From NCBI GenBank assembly GCA_032718475.1, contig JAUCBJ010003056.1:1-42779 (forward strand): DNA of 42,779 nt, read 5' to 3'. This DNA comes from Nemertoderma westbladi (lineage: Eukaryota; Animalia; Xenacoelomorpha). The notes under the pieces are model-generated. The model searched no databases. It saw only the letters and a program-made list of their open reading frames with translations, and was not told where the DNA came from. Positions 1 to 12,300 of the stretch are shown here, piece by piece. The position numbers and the translations under genes are program-made. Each line of letters starts with the position of its first letter. Position 1 is the stretch's first letter.

Positions 1-605
1 ACCGTTCTAATTAGTGTCGTTTCCAAAATTTTCAGTGTTTTTTTGACTACATAATTACGTACATTTTGGTTCAAGCCCTTAAAAAATAAGTGCTCTATAA
101 CTATTATAATGGATCCCGCCTTTTTGTAGCCGCTCTCTGCTATGGTTACGTAAAGTTCTGCTGCACGAAGGCCGCCTCAGACCTGTTAAACTTAACGAAA
201 TGAAACAAATAAAATCACAACTTGATGACGTAAATAACTATAAATAGACCGTTGAACCATATTATTATGAAACCAGAATTTTGGCAACCTTGAACCCCAT
301 TAAAATGTCTAATAATTGCCGTTGGTTTACAGTAAATACTTGATTGGCATCTCAACTATGACAACAATATAAGAATCATGGAATATAAGAGTAGATAGCC
401 TAGTATTCTATCTAAATGTTATCACCGACGACAATGTGCTTGCAATTTATAGACGGGAACCGGTTTAGACCGGTTGGTACCAGATATACTGTACTGTATC
501 ATATAAGATAACATAACAAAGGTAGCCAACCTATTTACCATTACATTATATTTTCATACATCTAGATTGTTTGAGATACGACCCAGGAAAATAATATAGT
601 TAACT

Positions 606-1877
606 ATGGTTTGGGACACATCTCCCCTAGTCAAAGGGGTTTGTGGTCAGAAGAAACATCATCATGGCCATCATCATCACAACACACGATACGCCCACAA
701 AGCGGTGCTTGTGTTCTCGGTCCTGCAGCTCATTGGGGCCATGACGCTGATGCATTTGGGAGGTTTCGCTAAGGGCACCTACGGTATGTCGCGTCATTGT
801 GAGTATGGTCTGGGAGCCATGATATTCTTTATAACGGGTCTGCTTGGAGCCATCGCTTCCCAGAGGCGATCCCATCGTATCATCGTAGCCACTCTCGTGT
901 TCTCGATAATCAGCGTAGTGGCCGCCATGGGATGCGTCGGGTTGGGGGGCTTCAAGGTCTACCAAAAGATACAGTGGAAGAGGGGGATGCAAGAATACCA
1001 GCAAGGAGACGAGATGTACGATTACCAACGACCATCACCGTCACCACCGATAACCCCAGATCAGCTCCCGGAATCCATTGATATCGCCGGCGAAATTGTC
1101 AAAGTTGATGATCTTGTAAAGTATATGGTGGAAGAACGCAACACCTCCAATAAGCTGTTGGATTACATCGAACAGGAGCTATTCGAATCGACCAAAGCTG
1201 ATATGGTTGCTAAGCTACAGAAGTTGTTGGAAGATAATGCGTGGATACCTAAGGAGGTCTCTGATATCATTATCAGCACCGTCAACAACAGTCGATGTCC
1301 TTTCTTTATGGATAAAGCTGTTCGAAACGTGGAGAAGCTACTGGCAAAGGGCGAAGTGAGCAAAGATGACATGGACCGTATTATGGATGAGTGGGGTGCC
1401 GATAAGATCGCGATGAAGATTATCTGGAAAGGATGTCTGGGGAGATTGTTGAGAGCGGAAAGACAGGAGGACGAAGAAGACGAAGACACTAGCGAGGCGG
1501 ATAGCGGTGAGGAGAAGAACGACAATGATGATGATGATGTAAAGAGATGGTGGAAGAAGATGATTATGAGAAAGAAGTTCAAGGAAGGTGGGAGTAGCGA
1601 AGGAAAGCCATGGTGGAAAAAGCACCATGGTAAGAGAGGAGGGGACAAGAAGAATAAATGCATGAAGCTATTTGTGTACGCGGTGGGTTTGGGGTTGGGG
1701 TTCTTGCATCTCGTGGTCAATGTGGTTCTTACGATTCTTGGAGCTCGAGGTGTTTGTGGAAATAGAGGAGCGGAGACGAGCAGCGTGTCTACCACAGATG
1801 GGAGCGGACTCTACACCAGCATTCAGACAGCCCAAGGTCAAGGAGACTACCCGGAGAAGCAGCCTGTGATATCGTAG
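606..1877 (+). CDS. Four-transmembrane protein, MS4A/CD20-like, with an unusually long TM3-TM4 loop (423 aa)
   Basis: Long uninterrupted ORF, more GC-rich than its flanks. Three closely spaced N-terminal hydrophobic segments (AVLVFSVLQLIGAMTLMHLGG; GLGAMIFFITGLLGAIA; IIVATLVFSIISVVAAMGCVGLG) and a fourth near the C-terminus (LFVYAVGLGLGFLHLVVNVVLTILG). The G..FFITG.LG..A pattern resembles TM2 of CD20-like proteins. Family call is by eye only. Confidence 0.7.
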   Translation: MVWDTSPLVKGVCGQKKHHHGHHHHNTRYAHKAVLVFSVLQLIGAMTLMHLGGFAKGTYGMSRHCEYGLGAMIFFITGLLGAIASQRRSHRIIVATLVFSIISVVAAMGCVGLGGFKVYQKIQWKRGMQEYQQGDEMYDYQRPSPSPPITPDQLPESIDIAGEIVKVDDLVKYMVEERNTSNKLLDYIEQELFESTKADMVAKLQKLLEDNAWIPKEVSDIIISTVNNSRCPFFMDKAVRNVEKLLAKGEVSKDDMDRIMDEWGADKIAMKIIWKGCLGRLLRAERQEDEEDEDTSEADSGEEKNDNDDDDVKRWWKKMIMRKKFKEGGSSEGKPWWKKHHGKRGGDKKNKCMKLFVYAVGLGLGFLHLVVNVVLTILGARGVCGNRGAETSSVSTTDGSGLYTSIQTAQGQGDYPEKQPVIS

Positions 1878-2200
1878 ATAATCGCTGCACTAAAAAACTT
1901 TGAAGATTTTATGTACATAAATACACTATTTATTTACTGTGTAGTAAAGTGTAGTTACAGTGTAGTTTTTGAATATTTTACATTAGTTTTATGTAAATAT
2001 TTTATTCCTCAATAGAAAATTACTTACTAACACGGTTAAGGTAGTCTAGGGCTCTATCACAATTGAGTAGGCCTACCTGGCTTCATATTATTTATTAGTA
2101 CTGCCGATACAGATATCAGGATCAGTCTATGAGTTTAGCTGATCCTATCAGTGACTGACACTCATCGTTCTGTTACTGATGCACCACTGTACGACTGTGA

Positions 2201-2309
2201 CTGTACCGATATAGGAGTTCCGGTACACGTCATTGTGCGACCAGTGCTGTTCTGTACCGATATAGGAGTTCCGGTACACGTCATTGTGGGACCAGTGTGC
2301 TGTTCTGTA
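2201..2309. repeat. Two-copy ~51 bp tandem duplication, probably in the 3' UTR of the TM gene
   Basis: ctgtaccgatataggagttccggtacacgtcattgtg(c/g)gaccagtg... starts at 2201 and again at 2252. Confidence 0.9.
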
Positions 2310-2312
2310 GCG

Positions 2313-2318
2313 AATAAA
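2313..2318 (+). promoter_or_regulatory. Candidate polyadenylation signal of the TM gene
   Basis: AATAAA about 440 nt after the stop codon, with a second at ~2358. The motif is common by chance in AT-rich DNA. Confidence 0.3.
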
Positions 2319-3445
2319 TACCGTGATCTTAAAGTAGGCTTATTTATTCAATTATGGAATAAATTTACGTAAATTTAGCATTATAGAGTACTTTATTTGC
2401 CTTGCTTCGCTCTGTTGTACAATATACCTATAAAGTTGCTTTGCACAATATGTTTGTTAATGTTAATATTTTCTTTAATGATGTATACAGTACAGACTAT
2501 AGCTATAGTAATCACTATACCTTGCGAAGGAACACGACCGGTTAAAAACACATTGATACGAATTTAACATCTATTGTGACCAAATTCAACAATTTCAGCA
2601 TTTCGAATTTGACGATTTCTTCGAAAAACTAAAAAATATTTCTCTCAAGGTATTAAACAGATTTTGCAAAGTTCCGGCGGAATTTACAAATTAATTATTA
2701 AACAATTTATAAATGTTATATTAAATGGAAATTGTTTTTTTTTTGAGATACAGTATTTGTTTTCGTCTGAGTCAAACCTAATATGCTAAAAAGGTATGCA
2801 TGCATTAAAGTTGCTGCATAAATGCATACAGCATAAATTACTAAGCTCCTTTGGTTGTGCTAGAAATAATTGTTATCGTCGCAAATATAACACTCCCCCC
2901 ATCTTTACACTGTTAGCTTGACTGCAGTTCATGGGAACTAAAAATGTTACGCATGTCTTCTTTATGTGTGTTTGTTATTACTACACGGTATTACTTGCAA
3001 AGCTAAACCTGGAGGAGCAAAAGTCGTCAAGTTTCGAATAGGTAGTGATTTTATTTCAGGTTTAGATAAGATAGCCGACCCTCTGAAAAAATGTAGTAAC
3101 AATTCTGTAACCCGGCCAACCGCAAATATTTAAAAATAGATTTAAAAATTTTAATTTACGTTTTAGGCCTACCTAACCTACCGATATTTATTTAAAGTTA
3201 TTGATATCAATATTTTTTTCGTTGTCTTACTTTCATTCATATCTTCTTTGTGGTTCCAACTTTTACGAAATTAATAAACTATATAAATAAAATTCTTTGC
3301 TCTTTGCTAAATATTTTATTATGTTTAATATATTATATGCCGGTACATTTAATAAAACTAAATAAACTAAATATTAGCGATATTTAGGCTTGAGTTGCTT
3401 TTGTAATCAGCTAAAAACACACTATTATTTTTCTGTTGCAGTAAT

Positions 3446-4051
3446 GGAGCGTTCATAAAGTATGTCACGCAAATGTTCTCGATTTTTGATGCCCCTCCCC
3501 CGCTGTTACAAAGTGTCATTCAAGCTCGACCACCTCCACCTTCTGGCACATTTAGTAAATGTGTAATACCCCCCCCCCCCCCCCCCATCCTCCCAGATCA
3601 AATATATTTGATGTCAATAATACACAATGTTTGTTATACTGTACCACAATACAAACGAAATAAATGTTACAGTCCTGGTCTTTATTTACACGTTCGAACA
3701 GTACCTAGTATAATGATGGACAGTACGAATCGTAGGGAATTAATTAGATATCCAAAATATTTTAATGAAGCAGCTTTTTATAGCTAGGAACTAACTGCCT
3801 GATTTCTGAATATTGAAGCAAAGTTATGCATAAACTTTTTAACGTTTTATTAATGTTAAGGAAAGTTACCCACTGATCTACAAACGTGTAAAGTGAAAGT
3901 CAAGCTAACATTAAGGCATAGAGAACATCGCCGTGTCCGTCAAAAAGTCGAGACCCCCCCCCCCCCCCCCCCCCCTTTGTCACAAAATGTCATGCATCGA
4001 CCCCCCCCCCCCCCCCCCCCCCTAGTGCGTGACATACTTTATGAACGCTCC
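3446..4051. mobile_element. Non-autonomous DNA transposon (MITE), possibly PIF/Harbinger-like
   Basis: Perfect 26 bp terminal inverted repeats: ggagcgttcataaagtatgtcacgca (3446-3471) and tgcgtgacatactttatgaacgctcc (4026-4051). Internal poly-C tracts, no transposase. Flanks are taat/ttac, so the TSD is unclear. Confidence 0.8.
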
Positions 4052-4459
4052 TTACCACTGTAGTAGTTAGAGAAAGGTAAATTATATTACGAGATATATT
4101 GATATATTCGCTCTACTTTGTACACCACCGTTTCGTGTTTCTCTTGTAATTTGTACCGATATTTCACAAGCATTCCCATTAAATATTGAAACTTAATCTA
4201 TACTGTACGTAACTAATTTTTAGAAATCACCTCATTCTGGGTCACCATCACCACTTTTCCATCTTGAGATGTCACCCTTACCATTTTTGTGAGAGTTATT
4301 ATGGTTTCGAGTCGCCTGTGCCACAAATCAACTCGCTCTGGAATACGATAGCTGTTGGATGTGTTCGAGGGAGCAGATTCAATTGAAGGTGTTTCCGAAT
4401 AACCTGCCGTGCCACTCTGTGGATGTGTGAAGTGCCACAATATTATCATACCATATCAT

Positions 4460-4780
4460 CTCAGCCTAGACTGAGAACACTCCCCAGTTATCTCAGCCAA
4501 GGCTGAGAAGACTCCCCTTAGGCTGAGATAACTCCCCTAATTGAGTTATAATTCATATCGAAATCCGTACCTGTGTTATTTTCGTATATTGCAAAAATAA
4601 AACTGTAACCTATGTTATTGATATATCATTTTGTTTTGATTAGAAAAGCTCGCCACTGTAACCTGCTCCTTTCCGTTAATTAAGAAATCTAGGGAGAAAA
4701 CTGGGGAGTGTTCCCAGCCTAGGCTGAGAAGACTGGGGAGTCATATTGGGTGGGGAGTTATCTCAGCCTGTTACACCGGC
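4460..4780. repeat. Inverted-repeat element built from palindromic ctcagcctaggctgag / actcccc subunits; probable transposon remnant
   Basis: ctcagcctagactgagaacactccccagtt (~4460-4489) is a near reverse complement of aactggggagtgttcccagcctaggctgag (~4699-4728). Further ggctgag-actcccc copies occur in both orientations. Confidence 0.6.
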
Positions 4781-5688
4781 CTATGTCCTGTATGTAAACT
4801 GGAAATTAAAACCTTTACTCCAAACGTTCCGTAATATCCAGCACAAATCCAATCCTGTAGCGCTGAATTTGAGAGAAACATGACGTCACAGGAAAGACCT
4901 TGTAACGCCTCAAACGTAACTTACACTTACTGTAAAGGTACCCTTGTTGTATGAACAGTTTTACACTTACAACGTTACAGGGTGGACAAAACCTCGGTTT
5001 ATTACAAATGTATTTAAAATCAATTTCTAACCTAATATAGCCCAAGCCCAGTAGTGGTTAGAGGAACACGTATATCGCCTCTATTAGATTGGCCAGGATC
5101 TCTGCTCTCTGTGGAGATATTGATTATACTACTGTGGGATACAAAATTGTATAAATTGCCATGGTTTTCAAAAAAAGAAAACAGACAACCGAAGCCGAGG
5201 GGACACGAAGGCTTATCTTTCGATAGCTGCTACCCGATGGTAGGGGTGGCATGACATAATAGTAGGTCATGGGGATTGGCACAACTCCTATCCCAAGTTT
5301 TGCCCCAGTAATTCAACCGGTGCTAATTAATGGTTTTATAGTATTTTATTGAAGAGTAAATTTTGCTACAACATTTTTGTCCATCATAATATTCACTGTT
5401 GTGGCCTGTATATTTCAATATTTTTTATTGCGCCTGGATGGGAGATGTCGGTATTTCTACTAGTAATTAGCGTATAAGTTTCATTTCTTGCTGCACCCCC
5501 TGTCGAAGTTTTGTATAGGCCTAATTGCAGTCGTGTCGTGTCATCATCACCATTATAGAACTCATTTATCTTTAAAACTATTTTAATGAAAACAAAATAC
5601 ATCCAATGATTAAATACAAATATTTGAATAAATACATATTTGATTACATACAAATTGCACGGACTTCGATGGAGTGATACCGAATCTT

Positions 5689-5694
5689 TTTATT
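5689..5694 (-). promoter_or_regulatory. Candidate RRM1 polyadenylation signal
   Basis: tttatt on + (AATAAA on -), about 400 nt past the RRM1 stop codon. Confidence 0.3.
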
Positions 5695-6097
5695 ATTAAA
5701 TGTTTTAATTGCCGGAAAACTAACAGAATATTAAAACGAACTGATATACATCAGATTAACAGATAACTTGTTCCATAAAAAATATAATATCATGCCTTAG
5801 CTCATCATCCTATGTCTGCATAGTTACAGAAAACACGAAAGGGGCATGAAAAAAAGTAAATAAATAATTTGTCGTACTCAAAGGAGAGAAATAGTTAAAC
5901 TCTATACCTACACATAAAACTACCAGTATACGATATTGCAACTACCTTCTAACACAACCTATTGCATAGATATATAGCTGTAACCTCGGTTACCGAATAT
6001 TCTTCCGTTGTAACAACAGTTGTTACCTAGTATACAACAGCTGTATCCCCAGTTAAACACAGTTAGTTACACAGAGTACTGAGCTAAACCAATGTCT

Positions 6098-6363
6098 CTA
6101 TCCACTACACATCATACAGTTCTCGCGATTCTCCAACGAGCACGCCGCCACTCTGTCCTGCAGTATCGCATCCATGTCCGCTTTGGTTGGCGACAACGCT
6201 GACTTTGACAGCTGCGGAGGCTCACCGCTACCTTCCTCCGCAGTTTCCTTAGCAACAACAGCCTCTCCGTTGTCTGCCGTACCCGATTGTACCTGTAGTT
6301 TTTGTTTGTTAACCGTGAATTGTATCGCGTTGACGGCGGGCTTCGTACGAAGGTAGTACATTC
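6098..6363 (-). CDS. RRM1: RRM1 last coding exon ([10 protein letters not shown]...[14 protein letters not shown])
   Basis: Acceptor tttcccttcacag|GAATGTAC, phase 1, 266 nt. Contains the YY pair and the CxxC tail. Confidence 0.96.
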
Positions 6364-9300
6364 CTGTGAAGGGAAAGGTTGACAAACAATCGGATTGACC
6401 AGCTATTCTAGAATGATGATTAATTAGTTAATGATGAGCTGGAGTGTACACAGACGGCTCTGGCTCAAACTGCTCAAACTCACAAAAAGGGGCCAAAAAA
6501 ATATTTTTTGTAAAAAAAAAGTTTCCAAAACAAATGAATAAATGAAAAAATGAGAAAAACAGATGTCCATTCCTGTAACACTTGTCCCACAATGTAACGC
6601 CCTATATCAGCCAATCAGAGCCCTTGAATGGTGATTTCCGATGCCTGTAACAATTTGTCCCACCATGTAACACCAGTTGTAATTACACTGATATGTTAAA
6701 TTAACCTAGATTTCGTCTCTGAGTGGGAGCTATGCAGCCATTCCTGATCCCAGTAACACCTCGCAATAAAGCTTATTTGAAAATATAATCAATCATAATA
6801 AATCTTTTTTATGGTCCCCATCTCAGGAAAAATGATAAAATATGATAGTTTATCAAATAAACATCAAGAGTTTATTAAAACATTTTAACAATGTGACGTA
6901 CCTATATTTCGTCGCTTAAGAACCTAAAGGCCCTAAATCAAATTTTGACCAAAAAATAAAGTTAGGTCCTTTAGGTACTTTAGTGACGATTTATATGAAA
7001 ATTCACAAAATATGACGAGTTTATTACCGAGTTTATAACTTCACTATAGCAGATCAGTTAGACAAAACCTGGAAATTGTTTATGAGTTCATCTCCACCCT
7101 CCACAGATCCTCCTGTACTTCCCACAGTGGCAGTATGATTTTTTGTGCATCTGTTGGACCATAAAATTATCTTCAAATATAACTTTACTAGGTTCCAAAA
7201 AAAAAACATCATTCTAAAATTAAGTCGAATCGTGTGGGAAACGTTTTTGGCCACTTTTTGTGAGTTTGGGCCTACTAACACTCGAGATGTTCAAATACTC
7301 ACCTGTTTTTAATCCCAAATTCCAGCCGTAGAAGTGCATGGAAGTTAGTTTCCCATAGTTGGGTTTGGCGATATGAATGTTTAGACTTTGACTCTGATCA
7401 ATGAATGCTCCACGGTCAGCTGCCATCTGTATAATATCCCGTTGGGACACCTCCCATACTGTCCGGTATAACTAAAGGAAAGACAAAGTGTACAGTTCGT
7501 GTAATATTTATAGCTATTTATTAGGGATGTGCCGGATTGACTATTTTCAAACCGGCCAGGCCGAAGTCGGAGCCGGATTCGTAAAAAAAAGTCCGGAATT
7601 TTTTTTATATATCACCACTTTTTTCCTTGAATCAGCTATATGGTACCTTTGTGCATGAACAGAACTGGAGGGAGGGAGGGTACCACGTCATTTGGTCCTT
7701 AGGGCGTTAGGTCCTGCATTGATAGATGACGTGCTGGATCATTATCAGCAAGGTGATAATGACCGATGATAAGGACGTTGACTTTAATATAATACTTCCG
7801 ATGATAAGGACGTTGACTTTAATATTAATTAAGTAAGTAAAAGTAGATAAGTAAGTATAAGTCAATTATCCCAACTAAATGGGACGAGAAGAGCGTTTTA
7901 CGTTGGTGGGCTGCAAATAAGGAATAATTTCCTAATTTACAAATACTCCAGCATATCTCCTGCATCTTCAATTTATTCCGAGCGAATATTTGTAGAGGCT
8001 GGTAATGTATTTGATGAGAATCGCTCTCGTCTACTTTCAGATGGTGGAGAGAAACTAATATTTTTGTGCCATAACTTACGCCGATTTGATATAATGGATT
8101 GATTTGATAATTGATTTGATAAATAAAGTGCAAATTGAAAAATAGAACGAAGTAATACAGTAGCTGTAGTTTTTTTATAATCTCTGAGTTAAATTGGATT
8201 TACTAGAGTTTCTAAATTGCCTGTCGAATAATATATAAAGTGGTCGGTCATTCACGGTGGTAAGCTTAATTAGTATATGGACATACATGTACTCTTTATT
8301 ATATATATATTAAGTGTTAGTGAGGCTGAGCCCAACCAAATACAAATATTCTTGGTAAAAAGTCAGCTCAGCTCGAAAGCTCAAAAAGTCAATCAGCTCA
8401 GTATGTAGATAGTCATAAAATTATAGCTCTGCTTTTTAGACTTTATCATTATTCATAATATGAATGAATATGACACAAACTATGAAAAAACTGTATTGTA
8501 TTCCATTGTATTTGCTTATGTTTAAATTTAAAAGAAAATTTATTTTGATGGTTTTTTTTTCGAAAATTTACCTTAATTGTAAATTTTGTCAACAATTAGT
8601 TGATATTGAAGTCCGGCCAAAAATTTAAATCCGGCCGGAGCCGGAACCGGATCTTTTTCTCAAAATCCGACCGGAATTCCGGCCCGGCCGGATATCCGGC
8701 ACACCCCTACTATTTATAATATATCTAAAATATCCGTTGAATTTGGATCAGATTGTGTAGTAAATGGACCGCGATGTAAGTTAGGAGGTTAACGCTGCGT
8801 TTCTGTAGGGTGATGCTTGTTACCTGTTTGATATCGTCGGGTATCCCTTGTATATTCTGAATAGATCCATTGTGATGAACCAACTCGTTCTGCATGTCGT
8901 TGGTCCATAGACCCCTCTCTACAAGGTCCTTAAGGAGATGATGATTAACGCATTGGAACTCCCCACTGAGCACCCGACGACTGTATATGTTGCTGGTGTA
9001 GGGTTCTATGCTCTCGTTGTTCCCCAGTATCTGTGCTGTAGACGCTGTAGGCATCGGGCTCAGCAGCAGACTGTTCCGGATCCCGTGTTCAGAAATTTTG
9101 GCGCGTAGAGAGTCCCACTCCCATAGCGCGGATGGCTTAACATTCCACATATCGTGTTGGAGAATCCCTAAAGTGAAAAATAATCCCTAAAGTGAAAAAT
9201 AATTCCTATGGGCCCACTTTTTGACCAATTATTTGACCATGTTAATTGCTAATATCATGAGGTTTTTTTGTTTTAGAATATAAGAAGTGAGAAATCCATA

Positions 9301-12300
9301 AAGTTTGTAATTCATAAAGTGAAAAACATTTCTTAAGTTGAAAAATAATTCATAAAGTGAAAAATAATTTCTAAGTTGAAAAATAATTCCTAAAGAGAAA
9401 ATAAATTACGTAAGTTATTACTACAAACAATTGAAAATGACTAACCTATAAACAAATAATTATTTATTATTATGGGGAAAAAAGTGGATGCATTTTTTTC
9501 ACTATTCTCAAGGCATTTTATTTATCGAGCGTCAGCAAGGTTAATAAAGGGTCGAGAGAATATTGGAAAAATAATTTTCTACGTTTTTTTCCCATGTAAT
9601 ACGTAATTTTATTCTTAAATTGGTACTTTTTTGTTGCTTAATTCTTTAATAAAACATAGCGATATACTAAAGTACAGTAGTGTTACAAAATAAATTGAAC
9701 TGCAGTATTTTACTATATTGCTTCCATAGTTACTGCGATTCTAAATTATTGTACTCTTCAACTCCTGATGCTTCCTACTCAATGTTAAATAATTTAGTGT
9801 TCTCGAATATTTATTATGTAACTAGAGAGCCGCTTAGCAACATAAACCAATATTGGATATTGAGAAAGCAGACACTAAAGTTGCAATAACTTTTAAGTGC
9901 GTGAATAGATTTTGATCATGTTACGTGCAAACCTTTTCTACTTCCAATAAAATTTCCGAAATTCCACCAAAAGTATCTGTATTCTTAAATTGTTACATTT
10001 TCTCTCGAATATAACCTAAAATCGGTAGAAAAATTTGTAATTTTTTCCAAAGTAACCCATATATATGATTGCATGGATTAAACTTTTTTTCCCGGTGAAA
10101 AAAAGTAAAATGGTAAAAAAAAAAAAAATAAAATGGTATTAAAATAGCTGCTTAATAAATACGTTTTAGAACAAATGATATTCTAGTTCTCACGTACACT
10201 AACCTCGACTGACTGGTGAACCCTTGTAGCTGGCGTACACTAACCTCGACTGGCCGGTGAACCCTTGTAGCTGGCGTACACTAACCTCGACTGACTGGTG
10301 AACCCTTGTAGCTAGCGTACACTAACCTCGACTGGCCGGTGAACCCTTGTAGCTGGCGTACACTAACCTCGACTGACTGGTGAACCCTTGTAGCTAGCGT
10401 ACACTAACCTCGACTGACTGGTGAACCCTTGTAGCTAGCGTACACTAACATCGACTGACTGGTGAACCCTTGTAGCTAGCGTACACTAACCTCGACTGAC
10501 TGGTGAACCCTTGTAGCTAGCGTACACTAACCTCGACTGACTGGTGAACCCTTGTAGCTAGCGTACACTAACCTCGACTGACTGGTGAACCCTTGTAGCT
10601 AGCGTACACTAACCTCTACTGACTGGTGAACCCTTAGCTAGCGTACACTAACCTCGACTGACTGGTGAACCCTTGTAGCTAGCGTACACTAACCTCGACT
10701 GACTGGTGAACCCTTGTAGCTGGCGTACACTAACCTCGACTGACTGGTGAACCCTTGTAGCTAGCGTACACTAACCTCGACTGACTGGTGAACCCTTGTA
10801 GCTAGCGTACACTAACCTCGACTGACTGGTGAACCCTTGTAGCTGGCGTACACTAACCTCGACTGACTGGTGAACCCTTGTAGCTAGCGTACACTAACTG
10901 ACTGGTGAACCCTTGTAGCTAGCGTACACTAACCTCGACTGACTGGTGAACCCTTGTAGCTAGCTTACACTAACCTCGACTGACTGGTGAACCCTTGTAG
11001 CTAGCGTACACTAACCTCGACTGACTGGTGAACCCTTGTAGCTAGCGTACACTAACCTCGACTGACTGGTGAACCCTTGTAGCTGGCGTACACTAACCTC
11101 GACTGACTGGTGAACCCTTGTAGCTAGCGTACACTAACTGACTGGTGAACCCTTGTAGCTAGCGCACACTAACCTCGACTGACTGGTGAACCCTTGTAGC
11201 TAGCGTACACTAACCTCGACTGACCGGTGAACCCTTGTAGCTAGCGTACACTAACCTCGACTGACTGGTGAACCCTTGTAGCTAGCGTACACTAACCTCG
11301 ACTGACTGGTGAACCCTTGTAGCTAGCGTACACTAACTTCGACTGACTGGTGAACCCTTGTAGCTAGCGTACACTAACCTCGACTGACTGGTGAACCCTT
11401 GTAGCTAGCGTACACTAACCTCGACTGACTGGTGAACCCTTGTAGCTAGCGTACACTAACTGACTGGTGAACCCTTGTAGCTAGCGCACACTAACCTCGA
11501 CTGACTGGTGAACCCTTGTAGCTGGCGCACACTAACCTCGACTGGCTGGTGAACCCTTGTAGCTAGCATACACTAACCTCGACTGACTGGTGAACCCTTG
11601 TAGCTAGCGTACACTAACCTCGACTGACTGGTGAACCCTTGTAGCTAGCGCACACTAACCTCGACTGACTGGTGAACCCTTGTAGCTAGCGTACACTAAC
11701 CTCGACTGACTGGTGAACCCTTGTAGCTAGCGTACACTAACCTCGACTGGCCGGTGAACCCTTGTAGCTAGCGTACACTAACCTCGACTGACCGGTGAAC
11801 CCTTGTAGCTAGCGTACACTAACCTCGACTGACCGGTGAACCCTTGTAGCTAGCGTACACTAACTGACTGGTGAACCCTTGTAGCTAGCGTACACTAACC
11901 TCGACTGAACGGTGAACCCTTGTAGCTAGCGTACACTAACTGACTGGTGAACCCTTGTAGCTAGCGTACACTAACCTCGACTGGCCGGTGAACCCTTGTA
12001 GCTAGCGTACACTAACCTCGACTGGCCGGTGAACCCTTGTAGCTAGCGTACACTAACCTCGACTGACTGGTGAACCCTTGTAGCCTCGTACACTAACCTC
12101 GACTGACTGGTGAACCCTTGTAGCTAGCGTACACTAACCTCGACTGACTGGTGAACCCTTGTAGCTAGCGTTCACTAACCTCGACTGAACGGTGAACCCT
12201 TGTAGCTAGCGTACACTAACCTCGACTGGCCGGTGAACCCTTGTAGCTAGCGTACACTAACCTCGACTGAACGGTGAACCCTTGTAGCTAGCGTACACTA

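Noticed and set aside
550-566. Possible acceptor (ttttcatacatctag) 40 nt upstream of the TM gene ATG, suggesting a 5' UTR intron or trans-splice site
   Set aside because: Plausible but not distinguishable from AT-rich background without transcript data.
627-1869. Overlapping antisense and alternate-frame ORFs in the TM gene
   Set aside because: They are shadow ORFs of a real CDS with low-complexity translations.
7763-7825. 28 bp direct repeat ccgatgataaggacgttgactttaatat
   Set aside because: It is an ordinary local duplication inside the hAT-type element and is unrelated to splice sites.
2151-9889. Short 60-104 aa ORFs in intergenic, intronic, MITE or antisense positions
   Set aside because: They have no recognisable motifs, many lack an ATG start, and several lie within non-coding elements.
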